64,000 nt of DNA from the human T2T-CHM13v2.0 reference genome, Homo sapiens: NCBI RefSeq assembly GCF_009914755.1, contig NC_060936.1, one strand, 5' to 3'. Numbering within the stretch: position 1 is the stretch's first letter; every line of letters begins with the position of its first letter. Below, in pieces: positions 31,434 to 46,088 of this stretch. Below the pieces are notes generated by a model. The model ran no database searches. It had not been told where the DNA came from and was given only the letters and a program-made list of their open reading frames with translations. The translations under genes were made by a program, and so were the position numbers.

Positions 31434-31578
31434 CCTGTAATCCCAGCACTTTGGGAGGCCTGGGTGGGAGAACGGTTTGAGCCCAGGAGTTCAAGGCTAT
31501 AGTGAGCTATGATCTCACCGCGGCACTCCAGCCTGGGTGACAGAGTGAGACTATCCCAAAAAAAAAAAAGAAAAGAAA
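31434..31578 (+). mobile_element. Alu monomer (FRAM-like or internally deleted Alu)
   Basis: Single-arm Alu sequence with polyA. Confidence 0.75.
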
Positions 31579-32108
31579 ACTATAAAATATAATGCCAAAA
31601 CACGGGTGAAACAGCTTCTTCATGCTATCCTTGATTCGGCCACTCTGGAGACTAGCAGAAATGGGAACGAGGTTCTGATGGCATTGAGATGGTCACTGTA
31701 ATGGGATTAGTGGTTTTTTTTTCCTGGCCAGCAACCCTCCCTCCCCACCTCCTGACAGACCCCATGATCCTCAGGCAGTGCACCTACCCTCTGACCCCAG
31801 GGGAGAGTACACAATTAAAGACTGGCCAACCTGGCACTGGGATTTTTCAAACCAGCACCGAAGCCCTCCTTCTTCTCTGGTTGGGAATTGGTGAGGCTGT
31901 AACTCTGGCAGCTGCTGGCATGACGTCTCTTGAAACACAGAGAGAGTGGATCTGTAGTTGGGAAAAACTAGGTTGGTTTGCAGAGAGAACCCTATTGGCC
32001 TTCGTTTCCCTGGTTCTCTTCCTTCCTGAGGTCACGTTCTGTGTCCCTGCTCTTCCCACATGTTGCAGAAGTGAGTGAATCATTTTGCTCTTTTTTACAT
32101 TTTTCATT

Positions 32109-32352
32109 TAGTGTGCTAGAGTGGGATTCTCTGGCTTGCAACAGCCTATTGTTAAATGTTCAGGAATTTTGTAAACTGGTTGTTAAATGGTTGGGAGCTT
32201 GAAATCAGCCCTGGCGGAAGTATTTACTCTCAGTCTACCGATGGGAGTTTCCAGCCCATGGAACTCTGCAAACACTAAGCACTACAAATCAGGCCTTTTT
32301 TTTTTTCTTTTTTTTTTTTCCTGGCAAGCCAGTTGTTAAACATTTACCAACT
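32109..32352 (+). mobile_element. MER63-like hAT DNA transposon fossil
   Basis: ATTGTTAAATGTTCAGGAATTTTG...GCTTGAAATCAGCC...GTTGTTAAACATTTACCA. Confidence 0.65.
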
Positions 32353-33674
32353 TTCCTTGAGGTAACTGGGCTGCAGTTCTGTCACCGACAATCCAGAGTA
32401 TTTTGGACAATGCAGCCAGAGATCCTGAGAACACCTAAATCCCACCTGAGACTTTCATTATCACTAGCTTCCACAAATGAAGAAACTTCCCCCAGGCAGT
32501 CCCGAAGGGAGGTGACACCCAGAAAGAGTCTTATTGTTAGCTGGGCTTTAGGCCCCAAACCCCAAAGCAGAATTCTGGTGTGTGAAACTGTTCTGCACAG
32601 CCAAGGCTAGACACGTAAAGGTTCAACTTCTCCCCAACCTGAATCTTGGGTGGGCCATTTTGCAGAGAAAGATGACACGGTGCACATCTATCAGAGCTGT
32701 ATGCGACGAAGCCACAGAGAAAGAGACCTCAGCAGAAAATGCATTTGCCTCTGAGCTTAGCAAGGATCTACCCGGGCAGGAGTCAGACCCGCTTGCTGCA
32801 TGGGAGAAAAGAGAGCCAAGGAAAGGCCCAGGCTTCCTTTAAGGGTCTATGTTCTGGGTCAGTTTTCATCTGGGAATGCATTCAACAGATTGGCAGAGAA
32901 AGGAGACACTGTATCCGTCTCCAGACTTCTTTCTGCCCAGTGACCCCGCCCACGGTAAAGGTAACCCAACAAGCGCCTGGGCCTCTGGTCAATCATATTC
33001 CTCCTCTTCCTCTTCCTTCACTTGGAAATGAGGAAAGAAAGAAGGGGCTCAGAGAAGCAATTGGAGATAAAAGCTCCTTCTCCACGTGCCTTCGGAATTA
33101 TTTTGGCAACACTAGGAACATTAAAATTGCCCATACTTCTTCATTTCTGGAAATCATTTCTAAAGAAATAATACAAAATAAAGGAAAACATTTATGCACA
33201 GACTGGCTTATTACTGAGCTTTTTAGACAAGGAAAAAAAAACTGGAATCCACACAAAGGTCTAACAATAGGAGAATGATTCAGTAAATTACAATATATTA
33301 ACTCAATGTAATGCATTGCAGTCATGAAAAATGTTTTGTAAAGGTTATAATAGGATGGAAAAATTCTTATGCTATCTAAATAAAAATTAGGATTTAAATT
33401 TTGTATTCAGAATGACAGGCAACACAAAAAGGAAAGAAAGGCAAACTAGGCATTGACTGAAAACTGGAAAAACATACTCAAAAATGTTAACTGTGGTTTT
33501 CTTCTTTGGGTGGTAGAACTATTGATGGTTTTCAGTTCTGCTTTTCTCCATGTTTTGCAAGTGGTGTTCAATAAACTTACATAAAAATGGATACTATTTT
33601 ACTGAGCATGTACTATGTGCCAGGTCCTATGCTAGGCACTTTTCATAGATTATTTTGTTTAACTCTCCCAGCAA

Positions 33675-33847
33675 GCTGGGCACAATGGCACATACCTGTA
33701 ATCCCAGCTACTTCGGAGGCTGAGGCAGGGGGATCACTTGAGGCCAGGAGTTTGATGCTGTAGCGCGTGATGATCTCACCAGTGAATGGCTACTGCACAT
33801 CAGCCTGGGCAATAGAGTGAGAAGCCCTCTCTAAAAAAAAAAAAAAA
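33675..33847 (+). mobile_element. Alu monomer (FAM/FRAM-like) inserted in a MIR
   Basis: Single arm plus polyA; MIR text resumes at ACAACCCTATGAG...AAATGAGGCTCAG. Confidence 0.75.
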
Positions 33848-34280
33848 GTTACTCTCATAACAACCCTATGAGTTGGGTACTTTTATTATCTCCAGTTTAC
33901 AAATGAGGCTCAGTGAGCTTAAGTAACTTGGCTAAAATCACACAGCTGATAGGTAGAGGAGCCAGGATTTAACAGCTGATCTGTCTGACTTCAGAACCAA
34001 AGCCTACTATCCACCCATCCCTCCCAACAAGAGAAAAAAAATAGATAAGCAATTTACATATGACTTTACATATAAAGAATTACATCTTAAAGAAAAAATA
34101 AACTTAAGCAGTAGATCCATCCTTCAAGGCTAGTTCTTAGGTGAGAACTTCTGCTCCCCTCCCTAAACTTTTGTGCTACTGTTTGTTCCCTTCATTCATT
34201 ATTACATTGTCCTATGTTGTTGGCTCTCTTTTCTTTTATATAGGATTTAGGCTATCAAATAACCAGAAAGCCTGAGGGTT

Positions 34281-35177
34281 TCCCAACTGACTGAATGGAA
34301 CCTCTGTTGGCGAGGGGGATCCCAAAGAAACCTGAAAAACTAGTTGAGGCCATGACAAGAAGGTGGAGTCAGACATGCCTGCTGTACCCTCCTCTCTTTG
34401 GAGTTTAGGCCCAACTGACCAGCATTAACATTAAAACAGAGATCATAAGACTGATCTCTTGGTAGGAACAAGATAACCAACAAACTCAACAAACTCTTTG
34501 TAGGAACAAGATACCCAGCTCCAACCTGACTCTGGTATAGATAGCATCACATGACAGATAGCAGGCCCTGAAGGAAATTAAAGTATTTTACCCCACAATA
34601 TATTCCTTGTCATATTTTGGAATGGCCCTGAGAAGCAATCTCCAGTAGGAGAAATTTGCATTCTGCAGAGAATCTCCTTCCCTTACTAGTTCTTTACTTG
34701 AGAATCTGACACCTTGTAAGGTCTAATAAGAGACATTTATCATCTGTTATTTCTGAAACCTGTTACTTAGAGGTTTCATCTACATGACAAGAATTTGGCT
34801 TCCACCACTCCCCTTATCTTAACGCAAGCATTTCTTTATGCCAACTTCAACTCTTCAGGCATAGTTTAATTCTTTCAACCAATTGCCAATCAGAAAATCT
34901 TTAATCTATCTATGATCTGGAAGTCACCCCACTTTCAAGATCTTCAAGATGTCCTGCCTTTCCAGGCTCAACCAATGTATACCTTACATATATTGATTTA
35001 TGGCTTTGCCTGTAACTTCTGTCTCTCTAAAAATGTATAAAACCAAGCTGTAACCCAATCATCTTTGGCACATATTCTCAGGATCTCCTGAGGCTGTGTC
35101 ATGGGCCATGGGCCTCATATTTGGATCAGAATAAACCTCTTCAAATATTTTACGATGTCTGGCTCTTTTCATCAACA
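34281..35177 (+). mobile_element. ERV1 solo LTR, MER4-group (MER4D-like)
   Basis: ACTGACCAGCATTAACATTAAAACAGAGATC; TATA-like ATGTATAAAACC; polyA signal CAGAATAAACC; ends ...TCAACA. Confidence 0.75.
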
Positions 35178-36266
35178 GTGGGAAGGACATCTTCCCCTCA
35201 CTGTATTCTTTCTACATTTTTTTACCCACTTTCCTTCCTGCTGTATACTAGATGTCAGCTGCAGTCTCACTACATCATACATAAAATGAGGTAGAAACTT
35301 ACAAATTCATGTCCTAGGGGGATGTTTAAATGCCTTACCCAAGATTTCCCCCAAGTACCCCAGGAGTTTGCTTTCTTAAGTTTATTTTGTTATAGCCTCT
35401 TCTGCCTCCAACTCCTAACACTCTACCAAGCTACTTCATTCATGAAAAGTCTCACCTTTCTGTCTCTGACCCAGATGAAAACTCAACCCCTTCTTTGGTT
35501 TCTATGGATAGCCCACACTTACAAAGTAATTCAAATGTGCAGAATTTACTGAAGTTATTGGAGCCCCAAGGAGAGGTTTACTCTGCTGAAATTCAAAGAA
35601 CTTCAACATGAACTTTGACACATCCTTGTAAAAACGAAATGAAACAAAATAAAACTCTTTGGCCACCAGGCCCTGAAGATGTATTATGGCCGCTTTGCTC
35701 TATGTAGTGTCTCACTGGATCCCCACTGACCCTCCCTCCCCATGGTCTGCTATACTTGAACTCCAAATTCTCTCCACTCATGCAAGCCCCAACCTCTAGA
35801 CTCAGCTCCTAATGCTCCCAGGTGCCCCGTTGAATAAAAAGACTTTTTATTGATGCAGAACATACTCTTCTTACAAGGCAGCTGTTTGTGGATAGCAAAC
35901 ATTTTTTATCCTTTTCTGTTATATTTAAATATATAAACTTTATTGAGCATTTGCTTTGTGCCAGATGCTAGTCATATAGAAAAGTGAAAAACACGCAAGC
36001 AACAATCCTTAAGAACTTAAACCTTAAGTTCCTTAGGAACTCGCAGCTTATGGAACAAGCAACCCTCATGCCAGGTCATTGATGCTATAATAGAGACAGG
36101 GGCAAATAACCATGGGGCTCAAGGGGATGGGACAGCCTGTAGATTGGGACCCCTTAGAAATTCAAGGGCCTGACATGCAGCTGTCTTGATTCCCTTTCTT
36201 TAGCCATGTGTTCAGCTGGTGTTCCTCATGTCTCCCTTTCAAAAGCTTCATTTTGGGTGTAGCTGC

Positions 36267-37132
36267 TGATGAAGGATTCTTCTCGGCTCCTTTGCTGGAC
36301 TAGAAGCAAGGGGCACCTCGTCTACTCAGCCCACCATGCTCAGCCCCTTGCAGGAGGAAGCACATGAGTGAGTGAGTGTGGGGTTCAGCCAGCCACTCTG
36401 AGCACCAACACAGGAGCAAGCTCTGTGCGGGGCCTGTGCCCAGACCAGGCATGTCACCCCAAGGGAAATGTGGTGGTGCCCAGGCTGGGATGCCTGCAAC
36501 CCCAAAGCCCCAGAGTGGGTGTTAGTGGGATAATTAGCTCTTTTAATTATGCCATCCACAGCCTGACAGATGGTGGCATGTTAGCAGCTCAGTCGGCCCC
36601 TGGCCCCATCTCATGGGGTGGCTGCCCTCCGCCAGTGAGGGCAAAGGGCCACTGTGACCGCCTTTCTGGGTACCTGCACTTGGTGGGTCCTGAGCTCTTG
36701 TCTAGCATCCAAGAAAAACGAGGTCACGCTGACAATTGAAGGGTAATGACAGCGGAGAATTTTATTGAGCAACAAAAACAGCTCTCAGCAGAGAGAGAGC
36801 TGGAGAGGGGATGAGAAGATCAGCTTATCTTCCCCGAAGTCAAGTCGTCTCTTCCCCAAAGTCAGGTTGTCTCTGTCATTGTGGCTGAATCTGGGGTTTT
36901 TATAGGCACAGGATGGGGGTGAGACAGGCCATAGGTAGTACTGGAAAAGGCAACATTTGATTGGTTAAAAGGCATTATTCAGAAAGAACCAATTGGGAAA
37001 GAGCAGACAAACAGGAATAGAAGTTCTCACTCTGGGCCATGGGTTTCAGGCTGTTTTTTTGGCTTGAAGGTGAGGTTTCACTGGGGACCCACCCCTGTCC
37101 CCCTAGAATTTCTCTGCCTCCTGCCCCTGTTA
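36267..37132 (-). mobile_element. ERV1 solo LTR (LTR27/LTR28/MER52-group)
   Basis: The minus strand begins ...GGCAGGAGGCAGAGAAATTCTAGG, has CCTATAAAA and AATAAA signals, and ends AAGAATCCTTCATCA. 4-bp TSD CTGC. Confidence 0.72.
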
Positions 37133-37664
37133 CTGCCATGATTCTTCCACTGCATTATGTAATATACAGCATTTATGAATGACACTATCCCAAATAACAC
37201 TAACTTGACAATAACTCCAATTTGAAACATGTAAAACAGTAGCTCTGTACTACCTCTGAACCATCCTGCAGGGTACCATGAGCATCTGCAAGATCATTTG
37301 GTGGCTTGAGCAACAGAAGATACTGAGGGTTCTACAAAGAAAGCCAATATGTGCTAGATGCTCAAAAAGTCCATTTCAACCTAAGTTTCCTGTACCTGTT
37401 TTTGTTTGTTTGTTTGTTTGTTTCCTCAAAACCAAACGCAAACCAGAGCTTTTCTTTCAGAGTCTTTAAAAATAAATGGGGTAAGGGAGAGATCTCTGTT
37501 ATCACAAAGGATGTTGCCTGCCTTGACAACGGTTTCAACAGTTCCTTTACAAAATACTGTGACTGTGCTGTATTTCACCGACTAGCTTGAATTTTGAGCA
37601 TGCAGCAATTTGGTTGCCAAGACAATCAAACTGTCTTGTCATAGAAGCTCTAATATTTGTAGAG

Positions 37665-37945
37665 TACATACTACATGCTAGTTGTTGCGCTGACTGGTTA
37701 AATATAATATCAATTTAAACCTCAAAATGAACCTATGCAGTAAATGATATGTCAGATTTCTAAAAGAAGAAAATGGAAGAAGCTCTTGCATTTTCTAGAA
37801 TTATATATAAATAGAACCATTCAATGTGTACTATTTTTGGCCTTGCTTCTTGATGATTTCAAAAATGAATTTGCCGAAGATTGCACAGCTGATAAGTAAA
37901 AGAGCTGGAATTTGAAGCCAGGTTCATTTGAGTCTAAACTCATGA
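37665..37945 (-). mobile_element. MIR, interrupted by a 60-bp inverted insertion
   Basis: MIR-like text on both sides (AACCTCAAAATGAACCTATG... / ...TTGCCGAAGATTGCACAGCTGATAAGT...GGAATTTGAAGCCAGG). Confidence 0.6.
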
Positions 37946-38234
37946 TATCTCTCAAACGTAATAATCTATGGAAATAAAAATTGCATTGGTTTTGAGGTTA
38001 TTTCTAATAATTTGAAACCAGATGTTAAAATCAAATGTTTTATCTTTTAATGATATAATCAAGATTTGCCTTCACCTTAGCATAATATACTGCTAGTAAG
38101 TTTAAAGTTCAAATCATAGTTATTGATGTCTTCTGGGTTGAGATATTTTAAATTGATGTTTTTAAATATAAAAGAGACATATGCTCATTGTAAAAATGGT
38201 ATAACTTTATGGAAGTATAAAGTAAAATGTAAAT

Positions 38235-39065
38235 GTCAATGGCCAACAAAAATTTGCATAGACACTTAACCAAAGAAGATCTATGGATGGCAAATAAGCA
38301 TATGAAAAAATGTACATCATCATCAGTCATTAAAGAAATAAAAATTTCCCATTGGAAGACCTAAAATTTAAAAGTCTGACCATGCCAGATATTGGCAAGT
38401 ATATAGGAAAACTGGAATACTCACATACAGCTGCTGGGATGTAAAATGGTAAAACTGCTTTGGAAAACAGTTTGGCAGTTTCTTACAAAATTAAACGTAT
38501 ACCTGCCATATGACCTAGCCATTCCACTCCTAGGTACATATTTACACAAGATAAATGAAAACATGTGCAAATACAAAGACTGGAACACAAATGTTCAGAG
38601 AAGCATTATTCATAATAGCCCCAAACCCTCAACAATCCAAATGTCTATCAGCAGATAAATGGATAAGCAAATTGTGATACAGCCATACAATGTAATGCTA
38701 TTTAGCAACTAAAATGAATTAATTATTTATACCCTTAACGATGTGGATGAACCTCAAATTAATATTGCTGAATGAAAGACACAAGGCCAAAAATAGTACA
38801 TACTGAATGATCCTATTTATATACAACTCTAGAAAATGCAAACTGTTAGTGACAGAAAGCAGACCAGCCATTGCCTGGGGATGGAGGACAGAAAAGGATG
38901 ATAGGGAGGGTTTTCAAGGGCAGTAAAGACACCTTTGGGGGTGATGGATATATTCATTATTGTGATTGTGGCAATGGCTTCACAGGTGTATACATTTGTC
39001 AAAATGTATTAAACTGCGCACTTTAAATATATCCAGCATACTGTATGTCAACTATATTTTGACAA
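38235..39065 (+). mobile_element. Old L1 (L1MC/ME-type) 3' fragment
   Basis: ORF2 C-terminal remnants (LWKTVWQFL, PYDLAIPLLG) and 3'UTR GGGGGTGATGGATATATTCATTAT. Confidence 0.8.
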
Positions 39066-39070
39066 AATTC

Positions 39071-39071
<1 letters not shown>

Positions 39072-39111
<40 letters not shown>
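39072..39111. repeat. (AC)20 microsatellite
   Basis: Read directly. Confidence 0.95.
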
Positions 39112-39115
<4 letters not shown>

Positions 39116-39446
39116 AAGGACTAAACGCTTATGTTCTCCGAAAATGCATATGTTGAATTCCTAACCCCCTAGGTGATATTTGGAGTTGGGACCTTTGGGA
39201 AATAATTAGGTCAAGAGGATGGAGTCCTCATGAGTGGGATTAGTGCCCTTATAAAAGAGACTCATCAGCCCTTCTGCTATGTGAGGACACGACAAGCAGG
39301 TGCCCTCTATGAACCAGGAAGTTGCCCTCACCGGTTGCCAAATCTTGGACTTCTCAGCCTCCAGAACTGTGACAAATAAGCTTCTAGCATTTATAAGTCA
39401 CTAATTCTCTGGTATTTTATTCTAGTAGCCCAAACAGACCAAGACA
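39112..39446 (+). mobile_element. MLT1A-like MaLR solo LTR
   Basis: ATATGTTGAATTCCTAACCCC...GGATTAGTGCCCTTATAAAAGAG...CAGCCTCCAGAACTGTGA...AAACAGACCAAGACA. Confidence 0.82.
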
Positions 39447-39447
39447 A

Positions 39448-39449
<2 letters not shown>

Positions 39450-39481
<32 letters not shown>
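39450..39481. repeat. (AC)16 microsatellite
   Basis: Read directly. Confidence 0.95.
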
Positions 39482-39483
<2 letters not shown>

Positions 39484-40749
39484 AATAGCTCCAAAATGCT
39501 CTCCAAAAGTTACCACTGATATTAATGTTATGATCATCTTTCTAGACATTTACGCAACAGGGTCATAGTGTACACAGTATTTTATAACTTGCTTTTTTCA
39601 CCTGGGCTTGTTTTCATGTGTATACGTACAGATCTACCTCGCTGGAGCCTGGGAATTCAGTGTGTGAATGCTTTGTGATATTTAGTGGGTCCTCTATTTG
39701 TGGACATTTAGGTAGCCTCTTGTTTGTGCTTCACTACAGATCTTCCCAGAGTTATGAACACCCAACTTATGAATCAGTCCCATGCTGGCGCTTTCTCCTA
39801 CCCTATCCTTCCTCCTTACCCCAGCAGCCTGCAACCGAGCTGTCCTGGCCTACTTGCTCCACCTGGTGGTCAATGTGAGATATTACCTAGGTTTAGTATT
39901 TTTCTCTCTAGAATCTCCTGGTCTCTAGCTTGCCCTTCTCAAATCCATCTTGTCCCTGGCAGCCAGAGTGATCTTTCTAAATACAAATCTGATCTTCTCA
40001 CTCTCATGATGAAAACGCGTCACCTAAAACAAACATAGACCTCTAAGCAGAGTATACAAAGCAGGAATACTTTGACCCTTGCCCACCTCTCCAGCCTCAA
40101 TTTTCTCCTCCTAGCACTTTGTACCCTAGCAATACATAACCAATTGTAGTTCGTTAAACACACAGTGCTGCTTCCCACATCCATATATTTGTACCTGTTG
40201 TTTTCTTTTCTTTAGATTTTTCTGGTAAAAACCGGGAAACCTGCCACACAAATTGTAAAAGAGCTGTAACACTGCCACCTGCTATTTTCTCTCCCTGGAG
40301 TATCACTCTGCCCACTCCCATTCCATGTTTGCCAGGCAAACTCCTATTCAGCTTTTAGAACCCTACTTAACAGACGCCCCCCCCCCCCCACTCCCTGCAG
40401 TTTTGCCTTTTCCCTCACATGGAGTTGATCACTCTTCCCACTATACCTCTAATGCCAAACCCATAACGTTTGATTATAATTATCTGTTTATATGTTTGTC
40501 TCCTGTGCTAAACTGGCTGCCTCCCTGAACCCCATCACTAAGCTTGAGGACCAGAACCGTCTCTTGGTCATTATCCTCTCTCCAGCGTCTTCCACAGTGC
40601 CCAGAACATAGTAAAGTAAGGTTAATAGGCAGATATTGAAAGAAAAAGAACTAACTACATCCACAGTCTCAAGGGAGTGGCACTGCATGCTTCTTTTTTC
40701 CATGTGTGTAGGGCCCGCCAGAGTTAGGAATGCTGTTGTCAAGGCATAA

Positions 40750-41097
<348 letters not shown>

Positions 41098-42885
41098 AGG
41101 AACCACACACTCTTTAATCTTGATCAAATACATTGCCAACTAACATCCACCACTTGGGCAAACCTGAAGGTCATTTGAACCATCCTGAACCTGGTATTCC
41201 TCAATTAGTGGTTGGGGAACAAATGACAAAGGGGTTTGGTTTGCAGCTTATAGTCTTGTTCCTTTGGGGGCCATAAGGAAATTGTTCCAATAAATGGAGA
41301 GTTTCCTTTTATCGAATTCCCCACGGGAGAAATTGTAGGATCATGGTGACCCTCCTTTTTCCTCATTTGGAATCCAAGGGAAGATGTTTCACCCTTTTAC
41401 TCTTTCATTCAACAAACATTTATTAAGTGTCAGGCACTTTTCTAGACACTTGGGATCCATTAGTGAACAAAACAATGATCCCTGCACTCATGGAGCTTAA
41501 TTCTAGTGAGAATAAACAATACAGCACTAATAAACAGAATAAGTAAATACACTGCATCATATGCTAGAAGACAAGTGTTAGGAAAAAAAGAAAATGTCAA
41601 GCAGGTTAGGGGGCTCTGTCTATAAAGAGATGCACATAAAAATATTCAAGCGAGCAGAATCCCAGTTGAACTTCCCGGTTGAATCCTGCACTTCCAGTTA
41701 TGTGAGGTGATTTCCTCACTGTGGAAGCCAGTTTAGATTGGATTTCTGTTCCTTGAAGCTGAAAGTAAACTGAGAGAGCCACCTTGGCATGCGTTCCTTA
41801 AGAGCAGTCTTTGTCATCCAGTCATCCCATCTGTTCCCTTGGCAAGGAAAAATAATTACAAGGAGATGCCACAGTCTTAGTTTCCATTTGAGGGTTTTCC
41901 TGAGAGCCTCTAATGACACTATGTTCTTTGTCACATACCCGTCAATTGTTTCCACTCCAGCTAATCTCATTCTCATTGTCAAGCATGAGAGTCAGAAAGC
42001 TGCACCTCAAAGTGTACCCCCAGGATGTGATTCAAAAGGATCAACATGCAACTGCTGTTCAAGGGCATGCTCTGTCCACAGGGACAAGGCCACCTGCACA
42101 ACCCCAGCTCAACCACCCTCATCTCCAGCCTGAATCGCTGCCACATCTTTCCAACTGGTCTCCTTACAGCAGCCAGGGTGATTCTTTTAAAAGAGTTATC
42201 ACGTCCTGTCATTTCCCTCCAATCATTTCCTGTCACTTACAGATACCGCATGATCTGGCCCTGGGTTAGCTCCAGCTTCTCCTGCCAAACTTCTTCCTTA
42301 CTCGCCATGCTTCAGCGACACTTGCCCCTGCTGGTTCCTTTAGGATGCCAGTTTCTTCTATTCCAGCCTTTGCACCTGCCATTCCTGCTACCTAGAACAT
42401 TCTTTCCCCAGACATCTGCAGGCTAACGCCCTCGCTTTGTTTAGATTTCTGCTCAAATGTAACTTCAGCGTTGCAGCCTTACCTGACCAAGCTACCTAAA
42501 AAAATAGGCCCCCAAGCCCCTCTCTGTTGTCATAGTATTTGTCATACATGAAATTATCACGTGGATCAATTTCTTGGTTTCTGTGCTGCCTGCCTACCCT
42601 ACTAAAATGTGAGCTCCCTGAGGACAAGGACTTTTCCTGTGTTGATCACTCTTGGGTTCTCCAGATTTAAGCACTGCTTGGCACCTAGTAGGTGCTCAAT
42701 AAATATTTTCTGAATGAATTAATGACAATCTGACTGACTCTACCTCACTCCATGGCCTAGCAAGAACATTCACACACAGACACACACCCTTTTAAAGCCT
42801 CTTCTTCCTTTTCTCTACTCCTCTAATTCTCATATTTTTGGGAAAGCCTTGCTTCCATCTAATCTTTTCAGTCCCCTGATTTAAA

Positions 42886-43041
42886 TATGTGTGTGTGTGT
42901 ATATATATGTTTATATATAATATATAATATATTTATATATATTTTATTTTATTATATATATTTTTATAGTATATATTTTGTATATAATATATATTTATAT
43001 ATTATATACACACTATATATATATATACACACATATATATA
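42886..43041. repeat. (TG)n followed by an imperfect (TA)n AT-rich tract
   Basis: Read directly. Confidence 0.9.
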
Positions 43042-43794
43042 ATTTTTCACAAAGCCATGTCTGATTAATAATCTGATAACTGCCAAAGTTCTTGGGCTAG
43101 GCACTAACAGAGCTGTCTCCAGGAGGCTAAACTATGTTAGAACTGATTAAGGAAGACATCACGATGCTCCAAGCATAAGCAAACAGGAGTGTGTACAGGG
43201 TCAGGGAGAGGACTTGCCTCCCACTTCTGCATTGAGCCCAGCACAAGTTTGGAAGCTATGGAAGTATCCAGAGATTGTCTGCCATGACTCTTGGCTGTCC
43301 TATGGCTCATAGTGGCAAAGGTGTCTAAGCATCTCTATGCACAGCAAACCTGCACACGCGATAATCCGAGTAAGAGAGGACAAACAAGGTTAATGGCATG
43401 CAGTGTTTGTAAACTCAGAGACATGCATGAGTGCTCAGAACTAACTGCGGGATGGTTTAAAGAAGACTGATTTCCAGCAATACAGCTGGTATGCACTCAT
43501 GCCATCATAATTTGAATACAAAAAGGAAGTATGACCTCATTTTCTACTCACAAGGTTGTGTGGACTGAGACCAGGAGTAAAACATGAGTTGAAAATCTGA
43601 GTTAGATGTAAAAATGAACCAGGTAAATTAATTATCCAAATCATGGATGGGGTCAGTCTTTAGTAAATATACTTCCAAATTCTCCAACTATGTTCTTATT
43701 TTTCTTTCCTTCAGTTTGCTTTTCCCCCCAAACATCAACATGCTGAAGAAGTTCTTTAGAAAAACTATATTCACTGTTTTTCAGGTTTGTTTAA

Positions 43795-44133
<339 letters not shown>

Positions 44134-44280
44134 TAACTATTTGGTATTTCAAAGACATTATTGTTTGAATCGTGTTTTATGAGCCACCTAAGGAACTAAG
44201 TTTCCTATGTGCAACTAGGTATTCTTGCCAAGAATCCCTGATAATTACTGGGACGTCGTTTGTTTATAAATCATACATTG

Positions 44281-44574
<294 letters not shown>

Positions 44575-45550
44575 TCATAAATTGCTCAACAGTGGGTTGC
44601 TTTTTTAAGTGCTGATATCGACTATACACAAAATGATCTTGATTCATCTGCTTGCTGTGGCCCAGAAATTTCTGCTTTTGCAGAAGAGAAAATAAGACAG
44701 GTAAGGGGCTAGGAAGGGTGGCTGAGAATGAGGCTACAACCTGTGACCCTTCACAGGTCTGTTTAAAACAATAGCATCAATCTTCTCCAGAAAAGTGGCT
44801 GTTGGTGGGAAGGTAGCCATAACAAAGACTATTAATTCTGACCTGTGGCTTCTTGTGGTTTAAGAGCATTTTATGCTCTTAGAGCATTTGGAGATCATTT
44901 CTTCGAACTGTTCCAACCTGCCTCAAACCAAATATTACCTGATTAGTAAAGAAATAGCAAATTAGTCAAATGTGCATTGCAGGGGGTGTGTGTGTTGGGA
45001 GGTAGGTTTCTTCCTTTAACTGACTTTCTTTGAAGACCTACTAGGCCAAATCACTGCTGGAAGAACTAAAGGTTGGGCTGGGGGGTGGTTACAGAGGTGA
45101 GTGAAATTTGGTCCCTGCCTTCCAGACACTAAAAATCTAAAGGAGGAACAGACATGAATAGAAATAAATAAACTCAAAAAGGATGTTCTCAGTAGCACTT
45201 AATGTCACTTTCACACCTAAGATTTTATTATCCTATTCTATTTATCCATTCAACAAATATGTATTCAGGTCACCCAGGGGAAATTGAAACTGAGGTCTGT
45301 GGGGAGTACAGAGAAGGGCATAATTACTTCCAAAGGTGGAGCCGTGGAAGGTTATGATACAGGTTGCATGGTAGCATCTGAGCTGAATCTTAAATGGCAA
45401 GTAGAAATTTGGGAGATAGATAGATTTATGGGGTGAAAGATACCGTGAGAAAAGAGTAGTGTATAAGTAAAACCAGGACCCCAAATTTAGGTATCAATAA
45501 GTGTTTTAGCATTCCTAAAGTGTGACAAATAATGGTGGGGTTTTGTGGTA

Positions 45551-46088
45551 TGTAGTCTTTCCTAATCTGTGGCAGATACATTCCAAGACCCCTAATGGAT
45601 GCCTGAAACCATGGATAGCACCAAACCCTATACAGACTATGTTTTTTCCTGTACATACATACCTATGAAAAAGTTTAATTTATAAATAAGGTACAGTAAA
45701 AGATTGACAACAATAATTAGTAATCAAATAGAATAATTATAACAATATGTGAGGATCACTACTCTTGTGCTTTGGGGCCATTATTAAGTAAAATAAAGGT
45801 TACTTGAACGCAAGTACTGCAATACTGCCACAGTCAATCTAATGGGTTACTGAGTGACTCACATGTAGTGTACACAGCATGGATATGCTAGACAAAGGGA
45901 TGATTCATGTTTTGGTCGGGTTGGAGCAAGATGGGGCGAGATTTCATCATGCTCCGCAGAATGGCACACAATTTAAAACTTATGAATTGTTTATTTCTGG
46001 AATTTTCCATTTAATAGTTTCAGACTGCAGTAGACAGCAAGTAACTGAAAACTTGTAAAGCGAAACCACAGATAAGGGGGAACCACTG
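45551..46088 (-). mobile_element. MER44-like Tigger-derived DNA transposon
   Basis: AAAACTTATGAATTGTTTATTTCTGGAATTTTCCATTTAA and terminal GATAAGGGGG..ACTG|TA. Confidence 0.78.

Noticed and set aside
31689-33278. 129-aa and 179-aa ORFs in less repetitive DNA
   Set aside because: No recognisable domain or exon structure, and they partly overlap decayed LTR/L1-like sequence.
36006-36038. Short hairpin TCCTTAAGAACTTAA-acc-TTAAGTTCCTTAGGA
   Set aside because: 15-bp AT-rich arms with two mismatches are too weak to distinguish from chance.
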